DNA of 63,939 bases, the filler included, from Octopus bimaculoides (Eukaryota), in assembly GCF_001194135.2 (NCBI RefSeq). It is 7 parts of 5 records of this genome, joined end to end, with 100 filler letters (N's around TTAATTAATTAA, not from the genome) between each part and the next. Parts side by side here need not be neighbours in the genome. Positions count along the whole stretch, not along the records: positions 12,287 to 20,281 come from NW_026426940.1; positions 20,382 to 23,884 come from NC_068988.1; positions 23,985 to 47,626 come from NC_068987.1; 4 more parts are not named here. One strand, given 5' to 3'. The notes beneath the pieces are model-generated. The model was given only the letters and a program-made list of their open reading frames with translations. It was not told where the DNA came from and did not search any database. The position numbers and the translations under genes were made by a program. This document shows, piece by piece, positions 12,665 to 24,432 of the stretch; the first letter of the stretch is position 1; each line of letters opens with the position of its first letter.

Positions 12665-12852
12665 TCGTATGCTGGCAGAATTGTTAGCACACCAGACAAA
12701 ATGCTTTGTGACATTTCATCCATCTTTACATTCTGAGTTCAAATTTCGCCGAGGTTGACTTTGTCTTTCATCTTTTCAGGGTAGGTAAAAGTCAACATAA
12801 TCAGTTTAACCCTTCCCCAAAAATTTCAGGCCTTGTGCCTATAGTAGAAAGG

Positions 12853-12855
<3 letters not shown>
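12665..12855 (+). mobile_element. SINE family B (internally deleted)
   Basis: GCTGGCAGAATTGTTAGCAC head and GAGTTCAAATT motif; (TTA)n tail follows. Confidence 0.75.
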
Positions 12856-12883
<28 letters not shown>

Positions 12884-13169
12884 TTTGTTATTCTCATCAC
12901 AATGAAAAATACATAATTGAACTGATAAAGACAATGTATTATTACTAAAAATTATGTACTTCAAATTTGAAAAGTAATTCTCAATTTTGGTACTGTAGGC
13001 CACACTTTGAAGACTGACATAGGATAGGAAGTCGCTTTACAGATAAGTTCTGGATTTTAAGGCAAGTTCTTCCACTTGTTGACATCTCTTTCTAATTTAA
13101 TTTGGTAAGATAACTAGCACACACACATTTATGACATCAAATTAAAGGATAATTGTGGATACATGTGTA

Positions 13170-13565
13170 TAGGGGCAGGCATGGTTTTTGTGATAAAAAG
13201 CTTGCCTCTCAACCACATGGGACTGGGTTCAGTCCTACTGTGTGGCACTTTGGTCAAGTGTCTTCTACTATAGCCTCGGGCTGACCAAAGCCTGCGAGTG
13301 GATCTCGTAGATAAAAATTGAAAGAAGCTCATTGTATATGTGTGTGTCTTTGTGCCTGTGTTTGTTCCCTACAACCTCTTAACAGCCAGTGTTGGCTTGT
13401 TTACATCCCCATAACCTAGCAGTTCAACAAAAAAAAAAGACCTAAAAAGTAAGTGCCAGGATTTTAAAAAAATAAGTCCTGGGGTTGATTCATTCAACTA
13501 AATGTTCTTCAAGGTGGTGCCCCAGCATGGCCACAGTCTGAAACAGATGAAAGCTAAATAATATC
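13170..13565 (+). mobile_element. SINE family A (diverged, full length)
   Basis: Head, body and CAGCATGGCCACAGTC tail present. Confidence 0.8.
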
Positions 13566-13584
13566 TGGATAAATGATAAGAAGA

Positions 13585-13629
<45 letters not shown>

Positions 13630-14134
13630 ATTTATATAAATGTAAACATATATACTAACAAGGACCTTAATTGTCCAAAAAATGCTGATTGACAATTCTT
13701 AATACTGACGTCAGTTTCAGTAATTTCTGTTGCCTCACCAATTAAGACTAACTTGAAAGTTCGGTTCTTTTTGAACTTGCTTCTCTATTAGTATATATGT
13801 TTTCATCATCCAAATTAATGGATAATTTAGCAATTCGCTAATGAATATACATAAAATTAATATAAACAGCACTTTGCTATGTTTCACCAAAAAGGAGAAT
13901 TATAATTGTCACTAAATGTGACTAGGGTGTTAAGAAACACCAACATTACAAGAAATAGGAGCTAAAATGCTCTAATGCTGAGGTCAACGCACATAAATGT
14001 AAATATATACACTAACAGGGACCTTAATCGTCTAAAAAATGCCAATCAAGAATTCTTAAGACTGACGTCAGTTCAGTTTCACCAATATATATATATATAT
14101 ATGTCTCTCCTAATCTATACAAATATCTTTTATC

Positions 14135-14192
<58 letters not shown>

Positions 14193-14202
14193 NNNNNNNN
14201 NN

Positions 14203-14247
<45 letters not shown>

Positions 14248-14734
14248 GACAGACAGACAGACAGACAGAGAAAGAGAAGAAGAAAGAAAGAGCTTGTTTT
14301 CACTTGATTACAATAATTACATTTGTAATTTCCAGCCACCTTTTCCTAACTCAATCAACTCACAATCTGATAGTGCACACTTCTCCTGCCACCTGCACTT
14401 TACACAATACCAAATACCTAGAATTCATATCATAAAGCTGTTATCTGAGAATACTTCTGTTTACATCAAGAATCAGAATCTCTCTAAAAACCATAACTTG
14501 TAAACTGTATGTATATGCGTGTGTAAGTGTGTATGTATGTATGCATTAGTGTTTATGCTTATGCCAAGTTACATATAATAAAAACAATTTTACATTAGAC
14601 TGAAGGATTACTCAATACTTCTTGTAGAGTACATAGTTATTATTCTTTTACAAGAATAGAGTTGACAGTGACTTTGAAGTGTCAGCATGGGGCTAAGCAG
14701 GTCGAAACTTCAAAATTCTTGTAAAGGAATAATA

Positions 14735-15578
14735 TAAAGGGTCTTCAAGTTAAATTTGATGATTTTTTATGTCTCCTTTTTTCAAGAATAGTTTGATGTA
14801 TTGGTGAACAGTGTACTTGAGAAAAAGTTAGCTGACATGAAGGACTGGAAGCCATCTGAATATTGGAAAAGAGTTACCTGTATTATGACTCTCACTGGGT
14901 ATCAAAATGCTTAGGCACTGTAAAGATGTGACATGGACAGCTGCAAGGGAGACTACAAAGGCCATAACCAGCAAGAAGTGACACAACAGGCATTCAGACA
15001 ATGTTCACATGCTGTAATTCATCCCCAAGTCAGTGAGCCCTAGGCTCGATTCAGACAGCTATGTGAAGCTGCTAGAGATGGTGGTCAATCCCTGGCTGGA
15101 GAGGGTTGCTGCTGGAAGGCCATATCTGAGGCTTCAAGATTCAGCTCTTTGCCATACCTCTGAAAAGAGTTAGAAGTGGTTGTCGGAGAATTTCTATGAC
15201 TTCACCAGCCCCAATTTCTGGCTTCCTAATTCCCCTGATTGTAATCCCATGGATTACTATGTGTGGGACATGGCTGAGAAAGACACCAACTACTCTGCCT
15301 GCAACACAAAGGCCAAGCTGGTGGCCAAGATCAAAAAGGTATCCAAAGATCTTCCCAGAGACGCAATGAGGCACACATGAGCCAAATTCCAGAGCTTTCT
15401 TGAGGCCATGGTAGAAATTGAGGGCAGCTACTTTGAGTAAACTGCTATCTCCTAGCGATAATCTAGTTGATAGTTTTGGAGCTTTTTTTAAATACATTAA
15501 TTTTTGGATGAGATATTGTTTTCTTTTCATTTTATCTTTTTATGCAAACTATCAAATTTAACCCAAACACTCAGTATA
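14735..15578 (+). mobile_element. Tc1/mariner-type transposon remnant
   Basis: FWLPNSPDCNPMDYYVWD (WPxxSPDxNPxD motif); degenerate TIR core GTTAAATTTGAT at ~14749 and its reverse complement at ~15550; TA flanks. Confidence 0.75.
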
Positions 15579-16264
15579 TATGTATATACATATGAAGTCA
15601 TAGGTAAGTAGAAGCTCTTTACAGTATAAATTTCTCCACATAAAAAGAATATTTCAGCTAAGGGTTAACTGAGCCTAAATGACTGGCCTTGTAATATTTC
15701 AGTTAATAAAACATAAAATTAAAAAAATTTTTTGTCTTATCAAACTTTAAAGCTTCTTCTGTCTTATTCAATTTCTTTAGCTAAAGAATTTTTCAATCTA
15801 GTAATATCATTGAGAGAGAGAGAGAGAGAGAGTGTGAGTGTGAGTGTGAGTGTGTGTGTGTGTGTGTGTTTATCTACATTATTTTTCTATCACTATAACA
15901 TGCTGTCATTTTTAGCTGCCATATTTATTCAAATTTGACAAGCATCTGACAAACACGATTATGACACAGTGAAAAAGAGCAGTGAAACTTTTAAACAAAG
16001 AGACAGTTCAATCTAGCAAAATGATGGGACAAAATGACAGTTAGACACTATATTGATGATATATTGATCAAAGAATAGAGAAGACAAAAGAATTTAGTAA
16101 TAGTTTGGAAAAGTCAAGTCACTTAATGGAAAATAATCTTGTTAAAAAAGGTATCCGCTACAATAAAGTTTCAAAAGCGGAAACTTAATTTCAAATCCAG
16201 TAATTAAAACTTGATATGTTGACACATTTGACAAAAACTAATGCTTGTAAAAGAGATGTACTGT

Positions 16265-16491
16265 TTAACCCTTTAGCAATCAGATTATTTTGTCAGATGT
16301 AATGCTTATTTATTAATATTGTTTTGAATTAAACATGCATTATCTTGTAGCTTCAAGATTTTCATGATTGATTGTATATTTTCAGAATTACATTGTAGGA
16401 TAGGTATGAGAGGCCAGATATGGCCACTTTGAACATAAAACAGGTAGAATATTTGAGCTGGATATGGCTGGTTTAAATGCCATCAGATTAA
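16265..16491. mobile_element. piggyBac-like MITE, copy 2
   Basis: TTAACCCTTTAGCA start; body homologous to 8060-8288. Confidence 0.7.
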
Positions 16492-16789
16492 GGATATTTA
16501 TTTCTATTTTCAATAAAAGTCAGTTTAGTATATTGAAATTTGTTGAAAATATGCTATTAAGTTGATTTTCTTTTAGTCATTCCAGGAACTATTTTCAAAT
16601 AAATATAATATGAAAGCCTTACATTTGAAGAATAGAACTGATGCATAACATGCAAGGACTACTCTATACATGATTATTCCTTTATATTTTCAAATATTAT
16701 TTTAAAACTAGTAATTTTACTAAATGTCTTAAGGTAGTAGACTTATTTACAAAGTTCAAATTATAGAGGAAGTATCTTTATCAGTGATT

Positions 16790-17095
16790 ACTTCTCTCTG
16801 GCACTCCACAGATTCTAGCTGATTTCATCAATGGAACACTCTGCTCATGAAATTAACATTCAAGTGGCTGAGCAATCCACAAACGTGCATATCCTTCACA
16901 TAATTCTCAGGAAGATTTGGCATGACACAGAATGTGACAAGGCTGGACCTTTGGAATACAGGTTCCACTCATTTTTGTCAGCCGAGTGAACAGGAACAAT
17001 ATGAAATAAAATGTCTTGCTCAAGGACACGCATCACCAGGAACTGAACTCATGGCCTTATGATTGTGAGCCAAATACCCTAACCCTTAAGCCAGT
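16790..17095 (-). mobile_element. tRNA-derived SINE, family D
   Basis: ...GTCTTGCTCAAGGACAC...GAACTCA...CCCTAACC...AAGCC reads as a reversed tRNA-like head; related fragment at 60905-60990. Confidence 0.6.
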
Positions 17096-17399
17096 AGAAG
17101 AAAGAACACCAAAGAATTTGTGAGTATGGCCTTCTTCAAAAGAATTTCAGTAACTCCAAAAACAATCAGTAATGACAATTGCTTAATGCATGAGAAGTAT
17201 GTAGTTTTAGATTTCATTTTCAGGCGGGGAAGGAAAGAATAAAAAGAAAAGTGAATCAAATGACAATAAGAAGTGATTCTTGATTGTTAAAAAAAAATGT
17301 GCAACAGTGCCAGACAGACTAAGTGTATTTCAGTACTTAGATACAGACATACATAAACAGTGTGTGTGTGTGTGTGTGCGTGTAGAGAGAGAGAGAGAC

Positions 17400-17655
17400 A
17401 GAGAAGCATGACTGAATGGTTAGGAAGCTTCCTTCTTAACTATGTGGTCTAAGGTTCAATCCCACTGGGTGGCACCCTGAGCAAGTATCTTTTACTATGC
17501 CAGGACAACCAAAGCCTTCTGAGAGGAACTGAAAGAAGCATGTTGTGTGTGTGTGTGTGTGTGTGTGTGTGCATAGCCTCATTATGGCATCACAGGATGG
17601 CTGTAAATAAGCATCAACATCATACAAATNNNNNNNNNNGTGCGTGCGTGCGTGC

Positions 17656-17691
<36 letters not shown>

Positions 17692-17925
17692 ATAGCCTCA
17701 TTATGGCATCACAGGATGGCTGTAAATAAGCATCAACATCATACAAATTGATGTTCTTCATTCCCAGTCTTCAGTGAAAAACATGTCCAGCCATGATTGT
17801 ATATTACCTTGCCTAGAAACAGGTCGAAGCTTGTGACAGGAAGAGCATCCAGCTATAGCAAGCCTGCTTCATTAAATTCTGTCTGACCCACACAAGCACG
17901 AAAAAGTAGATATTAAATGATGATA
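17400..17925 (+). mobile_element. SINE with family A-type head and a different (family C) body
   Basis: Head like family A, (TG)n hinge, then the body/tail type also seen at 4330-4600; part is duplicated across a 10-N gap. Confidence 0.6.
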
Positions 17926-18851
17926 TACACTTTTTTTTTATCTCAGCAATTCAAATCCTGTGAAATCTATTTTGCCCCCCATCCTATCAGAATAAATAAA
18001 ATAAGTATCAGTTTGTACTAGGACCTACTCAATCAAATATACAACTCTCCAACAAATTTGTAGCCCAGTAAATCAATATTTGAATTACCATTCCACCTAA
18101 CTCTAGAAACTGACATTGTACATTGCAGTATAAATGTCAGCTATAAACAATAAAGGTCACTAGTATAACATGCTAAAAGTTGGTACTGGTAACTTGTGAC
18201 TGCAATCATAATGTTCATATTAGAATTGCTTCTAGCAGAGGTACTTGGCTTGAAATTTTGGAAGCTAGGGTAAGTCAATATCCATGGCCCCAGTACATGG
18301 TTAGTTCTTCATTTTATCAACTCTTAAAGGCTGAAAGGCAAAGTTGACACCAGCAACATTTCAACTTAGAAAATATAGATCCAGAAGAAATGTCACAAGA
18401 CATTTCCTCAGAAGCTCTGTTTCTGCCAATCCATCAGCCTCGTTATAATAAAAAGACGTCAGATCGAATTTCATGACAACTGATTTTACACCAATAGTGT
18501 GTACACAAACAAGATTTTAGAAATATCATAAAGAATTCTGAAATGACCAGTTTGGAAGTGCAAGCTAATGTATGCCTCAGTGTGTGTTTATGTATGACTT
18601 ATGACTATTTGATTATGTGAGGGCAAGTAGTGTATACACAGATGCATGTGTATGAAAGTCTGAGGAATAATAGAGAAACTTGCGAGAAATATATATTAGT
18701 CATTAGCAACATATGGCATCATACCATTGATGAAATATCTAATTAAAAGTACATATCTTTGCTTTAAAGAAGTGATTAGGCACAACAAAAGAAGTATTGT
18801 GTACTTTTATATAAAATTAGTTTATATCTAAAAACTGTTCAAATAATTACT

Positions 18852-19387
18852 ATGCCTGCATGTTTATGTAAACATTGTTATACATATATGTGTATGTGTG
18901 TATATATATGTATATGTATATATAAGTGTATGTCTGTGTATGTTATATATATACACACACACATACAAATATATATATATGTCCAAATATGTAATATATA
19001 TATATATATAGATATATATNNNNNNNNNNNNNNNNNNNNNNNNNNNNNNNNNNNNNNNNNNNNNNNNNNNNNNNNNNNNNNNNNNNNNNNNNNNNNNNNN
19101 NNNNNNNNNNNNNNNNNNNNNNNNNNNNNNNNNNNNNNNNNNNNNNNNNNNNNNNNNNNNNNNNNNNNNNNNNNNNNNNNNNNNNNNNNNNNNNNNNNNN
19201 NNNNNNNNNNNNNNNNNNNNNNNNNNNNNNNNNNNNNNNNNNNATATACACACACACACACACATATGGACACATATATACATGTATACACATATATACA
19301 TGTATACACATATATACATACATACACACATATATACATATATACAAATATATACATGCTAATATATACATATATATATATATACAC

Positions 19388-19422
<35 letters not shown>

Positions 19423-19521
19423 CATACATATATATATACCCATATATACATATACACCCATATATACATATATACATATATACCCATATATACATATATA
19501 CCCATATATACATATATACCC

Positions 19522-19560
<39 letters not shown>

Positions 19561-19650
19561 CATATATATATACACACACACATATATATACACACACATA
19601 TATACATACCCATATATACATACATACACATGCATACATATATACATAAC
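18852..19650. repeat. Compound (TA)/(CA)/(TACA) microsatellite array with assembly gap
   Basis: Direct reading; source of the spurious YIYI/HTHT ORFs. Confidence 0.9.
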
Positions 19651-19654
19651 TAGT

Positions 19655-20035
19655 CAGATTGGCTGACAGTACCGTAGAGGGCATGTCTGAGAGTGCCACG
19701 ACAAATAGTCATGGTCCTAGTACAGTTCCCTGTGGGACACAGCTGAAATTTGGTGTCCCTTCAGATTGACGATCATCGGCCACAACTGTCTGACTCCTGC
19801 TCTTCAGAAAATCATGCAGCCACTCTCCCAGTTTCCTGGTAATACCAAAGTTTCGCAATTTGTAACATAACATGCCATGCTTGACCTTCTTGAAAGCCTT
19901 GGAAAAGTCGAGGTATATCATGTCTGCAGCTGACTGGTTTAGCTGTTGCTTCAGTACACTGACAAAGTGCTGCAGCAACTGTGTAAGGCAGCTCCTCCCT
20001 CGACGGAAGACGTTGGGTGTTTCTTGGAAAGATCT
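19655..20035 (-). mobile_element. CR1/L2-like LINE reverse transcriptase fragment
   Basis: GRSCLTQLL...DMIYLDFSKAFKKVKHGML...VPQGTVLGP. Confidence 0.85.
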
Positions 20036-20419
20036 CTTACTCCGGTAACATGACCATCCTTTCTCTGACTGTGCGTTCTACTGTCTTAGTAACATCTCAA
20101 GTCAGAGAGATGGGGGCTGTAGATTTAAGCATCTGGTCTACTCCCTCCTCTACGGAGAGGGCATGTACATAAATATGTATGTATATGTATATACATATGC
20201 ATACATATAGGTATGCATATACATATACGCATACATATAAATATATACATACATATATACTTACATATAAATATATACATANNNNNNNNNNNNNNNNNNN
20301 NNNNNNNNNNNNNNNNNNNNNNNNNTTAATTAATTAANNNNNNNNNNNNNNNNNNNNNNNNNNNNNNNNNNNNNNNNNNNNCGATATATATATGTATAGA
20401 TGTAAGTATGTATATATAC

Positions 20420-20660
20420 GTTTGAATGTGGTGTGTGCCAGAGGGTTTGCAAATCCAATGGGGGTCTTAAAAGACATGTTAGGATCCACAATGAGCAGAA
20501 CTTACTTGCAGGTATTGGTAGTGCAAATCAGAGGTGCAATCTGTGTGGGTGTTTTTTCAAAGCACTGTCTGGTTTAAAAAGCCACATCAGACGCCATGAA
20601 AGGGCTAAGGTGTAGGTGCAGGAGGTGGTCAAGCTCTGTTTAAGGAGTAGACAACCACCA
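20420..20660 (+). mobile_element. LINE (probably RTE-type) 3' end encoding two C-terminal C2H2 fingers
   Basis: CGVCQRVCKSNGGLKRHVRIH and CNLCGCFFKALSGLKSHIRRH then stop, short UTR and a microsatellite tail; no TGEKP linkers. Confidence 0.55.
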
Positions 20661-20776
20661 TGTATATATACGTATGTATGTATGTATGCTTGCATGTATG
20701 TGTGTGTGTATATGCATATACATATGTATATGTATATACACATATACACACACATCCACATACATACATACATACA

Positions 20777-20810
<34 letters not shown>

Positions 20811-21069
20811 AACAATATATGAGTATATGCATATATATGTACATGTATATGCATATATATGTACATGTATGCATATATATGTACATGTATGTACATACCT
20901 TCATCCACATGTACATATAGATACATAACTGGGTACATGACGTGGCAAAAGAACATGGACAAAATGATAAACAAGGTACAACAAACAAGCAAGCCACATA
21001 GAAACATCTCCTTCATCAGCTGCTACCATTAAAACACCGGCGTTATGTATATCTATATATATACAAATA

Positions 21070-21420
21070 AGAAGCTTGCTTCCCGGGTTCAGTCCCACTG
21101 CGTGGCACCATGGACGAGTGTCTTCTACTATAGCCTCGAGCCAACCTTGTGAGTAGATTTGCAAGACGGAAACTGAAAGAAGCCCGTCGTATGTGTGTGT
21201 ATTTATGTGTGTTTGCTTTTGTATCTGTATGTGTCCCCCATGCCCCACCATCGTCTGATAACCGATGTGGTGTGTTTATGTCCCTGTATGCTAGCGGTTC
21301 GGCAAAAGAGACCGATAGAATAAGTACTAGGCTTATAAAGAACAACTTCTGGGGTCGATGTTTGATTAAAACCCTTTAAGGCGGTGCTCCAGCATGGCCG
21401 CATTCAAATAACTGAAGCAT
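21070..21420 (+). mobile_element. SINE family A
   Basis: Head with small deletions, body and tail. Confidence 0.8.
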
Positions 21421-21430
21421 GTAAAAGAAT

Positions 21431-21461
<31 letters not shown>

Positions 21462-21624
21462 TACATACACTCATACACGCAACATATATATATACACACA
21501 CACACATATGTATATATAAATACATATACATGCGCGTGCGTGTGTGTATGTTTGTATGTGTGTATNNNNNNNNNNCGGTGCTCCAGCATGGCCGCATTCA
21601 AATAACTGAAGCATGTAAAAGAAT

Positions 21625-21655
<31 letters not shown>

Positions 21656-21794
21656 TACATACACTCATACACGCAACATATATATATACACACACACACA
21701 TATGTATATATAAATACATATACATGCGCGTGCGTGTGTGTATGTTTGTATGTGTGTATGTGTATGTGTATGTGTGTGAGTGTGTGTGTGTGTG

Positions 21795-21831
<37 letters not shown>

Positions 21832-22029
21832 TCGTTTGTGTGTGTGTCCACGCGGTGTCTGTGTGCATTTCATGAAAACAGTACAATATTCTCAATAAAC
21901 AATGCTTATTCGTACGCTTCTGCAGTTTGTCAATAATCAAAGGGAAACAACTTCTACGTAATTATTTTCAAGCTATTGTAACTTGCGATGTTAAATTATT
22001 TGGCAATTAAATGTATGTGTGTGACCAAA

Positions 22030-23410
22030 TTAGAAAGGACCTAATTAGAGCCTTGGGCTCAATGGGACTCAAACTCACCATCGGGATTAATCTCACCACA
22101 GTAGATTTCTTAGATGTTACTTTAAATTTGGGTTCTACTACATTGCAGGCCCTATCATTAGCCAAACGGGAGACTGTCCCATACTAGCACAACCTCCAGA
22201 CATCCTCCTATAATTTTCAAGAACCTAGAGAAAGGTGTAAGCAAGAGGATCTCGAATCTATCCTCTAGCCAAAATATATTCGACGCCGCTGCCCACTACT
22301 ACAATGAGGAACTGGCATCGTGTAAGTTTAAGGACCGCATCTCCTACATGCCAGGCCCTAACACCCGGAAAAGGAAGCTCTGCAGAAACGTCGTTTAGTT
22401 TGTTCCATCCTTCTTGCTCAACGTCAAGACTTGTGTGGGTAGGATTTCCCTTAGACTAATAGACAGACATTTCACACACACACACACACACATAGATACA
22501 GGCAATTATTTAACAAGCACGGCCTAAGAGTCTCTTTTAGTTGTGCACTTAACATAAATAAACATTTTAACAAGTATCCACAATTCAAAAGAGGAGGCAA
22601 GTTGTTCTTGCAGACTATATAACAGCTGTCCAGTAGGAGGCCGATGCATGGCTGAAGGAGCCATCTACGGTGATACCTAGACCTGCTATCCGCATTACCT
22701 GCAATGTATCATCCAACAGCAATATTAGCAGATTAACCAGATCTCACGCCAGTACAATCGCCACAGCCAGTGATGATGGCCAGTCCGGGACCAGCGTCAT
22801 AGAGGACGTAACTAACGACCCTCAGTACCACCACCACAGATGATGAACAAACCATTGTCATAGACACAGATAGTGTGACCCGCTCCGCACCATATGTTAC
22901 CACCAGTGCAATCGCAACACCTAGAGATGAGGACCAATCCAGGACCAGCGACACAGAGGAGGTGTCAATTGTTCCCAGTGCTACCACCACGGATGATGAC
23001 CAAACAATTATCATCGACACCGATGGGATGACCGACCCCGCACCCTTTGTTACCAGCGGCCGCACCCGCACAAACGCCGGCAGCTACATCGCCAACCATA
23101 TGACCAGTATTGATAACCACAGCGATAACACCGTTGTATCATTGCGCCATATCAACTGCATCAGCAACGGTGTTACCAACAGCACCCTCAGGCACGGAGC
23201 CTATCAGGGATACACCAGGAATGCGAATATAGCCACATCCCAAATTTGTAAATATATTGGATCTATCAGTACATCTTTCAAACGTCGCTTCCGCAACCAC
23301 CAGTCATCATTCATTGTCCCAGAAAAACGGTTTGTCACGTCCCTGGCCCGCCATGTGTGGCACCTCAAAGATCAAAGGACCCCATGTGATATTAGGTGGA
23401 AAATAATATT
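22030..23410 (+). mobile_element. Penelope-like element, Naiad type (RT C-terminus, CxC..CPxxGxC linker, GIY-YIG with large insertion)
   Basis: VDFLDVTLNL, SNLSSSQNIFDAAAHYYNE, SCSCRLYNSCPVGGRCMAEGAIY, KYIGSISTSFKRRFRNHQSSF...WHLKDQ; stops and frameshifts present. Confidence 0.85.
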
Positions 23411-23469
23411 GGGTTGGCGACTAGGTTCCCACCGTTTTTTTTTTATAAATTAAAATTATTTTAAAGGTT

Positions 23470-23884
23470 TTTTTAAAAAAAAAACAACTAATTAATCAAT
23501 AATGTATTCACCCTTATCGTTTAGAACTTCTTCCCAACATTCAACAAGATTTTCAATACCTCGTTGGTAGAAATCATCAGATTTCGACTCGAAAATTTGA
23601 TTCAACCAAGCTCTCAATTCTGCATCAGTATTGAACGAAACTCCGCGCATAGCATTTGAAAGAGATCGAAAGAGGTGGACATCCGTTGGTGCCAAATCAG
23701 GAGAGTACGGCGGGTGTGGCAGCACTTCCCAGCCATGCGTTTGAATGGCTTCCTTGGTCATATTGGCGATATAAGGGCGGGCGTTGATGTGCAGCAGAAG
23801 AACTCCATGCTGACGATTAGGTCTTTTCTCTTGAATAGCCGTGTTGAGTCGTTCCATCTGTTGAACATAGAGTTCTGCGATGAC
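23470..23884 (-). mobile_element. mariner transposase C-terminal remnant
   Basis: LLHINARPY...WEVLPHPPYSPDLAPTDVHLF...FYQRGIENLVECWEEV..KGEY. Confidence 0.9.
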
Positions 23885-23984
23885 NNNNNNNNNNNNNNNN
23901 NNNNNNNNNNNNNNNNNNNNNNNNNNNNTTAATTAATTAANNNNNNNNNNNNNNNNNNNNNNNNNNNNNNNNNNNNNNNNNNNN

Positions 23985-24170
23985 TTATTCTAGCAGCTAC
24001 ACTTTCAGCGCACCCTCCCCCACTACTAACTTGGTCACCTAGATAGCGGAAGCTATCAACCACTTCTAGTTTTTCTCCCTGGAATGTGGCAGAAGTTGTT
24101 TTCTGCACATTTACAGTGTCTATAGCTCCTGAACATCTGCAGATGTGTGTATTTTTCCCTTGTTTACAAT
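23985..24170 (-). mobile_element. RTE LINE RT fragment
   Basis: CSGAIDTVNVQKTTSATFQGEKLEVVDSFRYLGDQV; same family as 40190-40370. Confidence 0.85.
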
Positions 24171-24342
24171 TAACAAGGAAAAAATAGATAAATAGTTACC
24201 AGGGTAGCAAAAAATCACACAAGTAAAAAGGGCATAATTCCTTGTTTTTAAAGGTGGAAACTCCAGGTTTACATGAGATATTTTGTATAATGTATATAAA
24301 TAAATAAATGGAGTTAAACGCAGGTGTTATTCAAATTCTTTT

Positions 24343-24432
24343 ACTTCCGATGCATGTTTCGAAAGATATCACTGGTATTATTTCAAAGGAATAAATTGGT
24401 GTAAAATTATGTAATTTTCTCTTCAGGGAAAT
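24343..24432 (-). ncRNA. Minimal type I hammerhead ribozyme motif (PLE-associated)
   Basis: AUUUCC-CUGAAGA-GAAA..loop..UUUC-GAAA-CAUGC-AUC-GGAAGU; stem I has 6 bp including one G-U pair, stem II has 4 bp. Confidence 0.7.

Noticed and set aside
20433-20615. Two C2H2 fingers as a second host ZNF gene
   Set aside because: No TGEKP linkers or splice context; the GLxxHxRxH pattern followed by a stop and a microsatellite tail fits a LINE ORF2 end.
21376-21750. Exact direct duplication of a SINE tail plus microsatellite (also 17545-17750)
   Set aside because: Identical copies on either side of a 10-N gap; unmerged contig overlap.
18852-21940. Long ORFs rich in YIYI, HTHT or CVCV (also near 845-1245, 1909-2517, 50432-51127, 57425-57965)
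   Set aside because: Translations of (TA)/(CA)/(TG) microsatellites and N runs, not genes.
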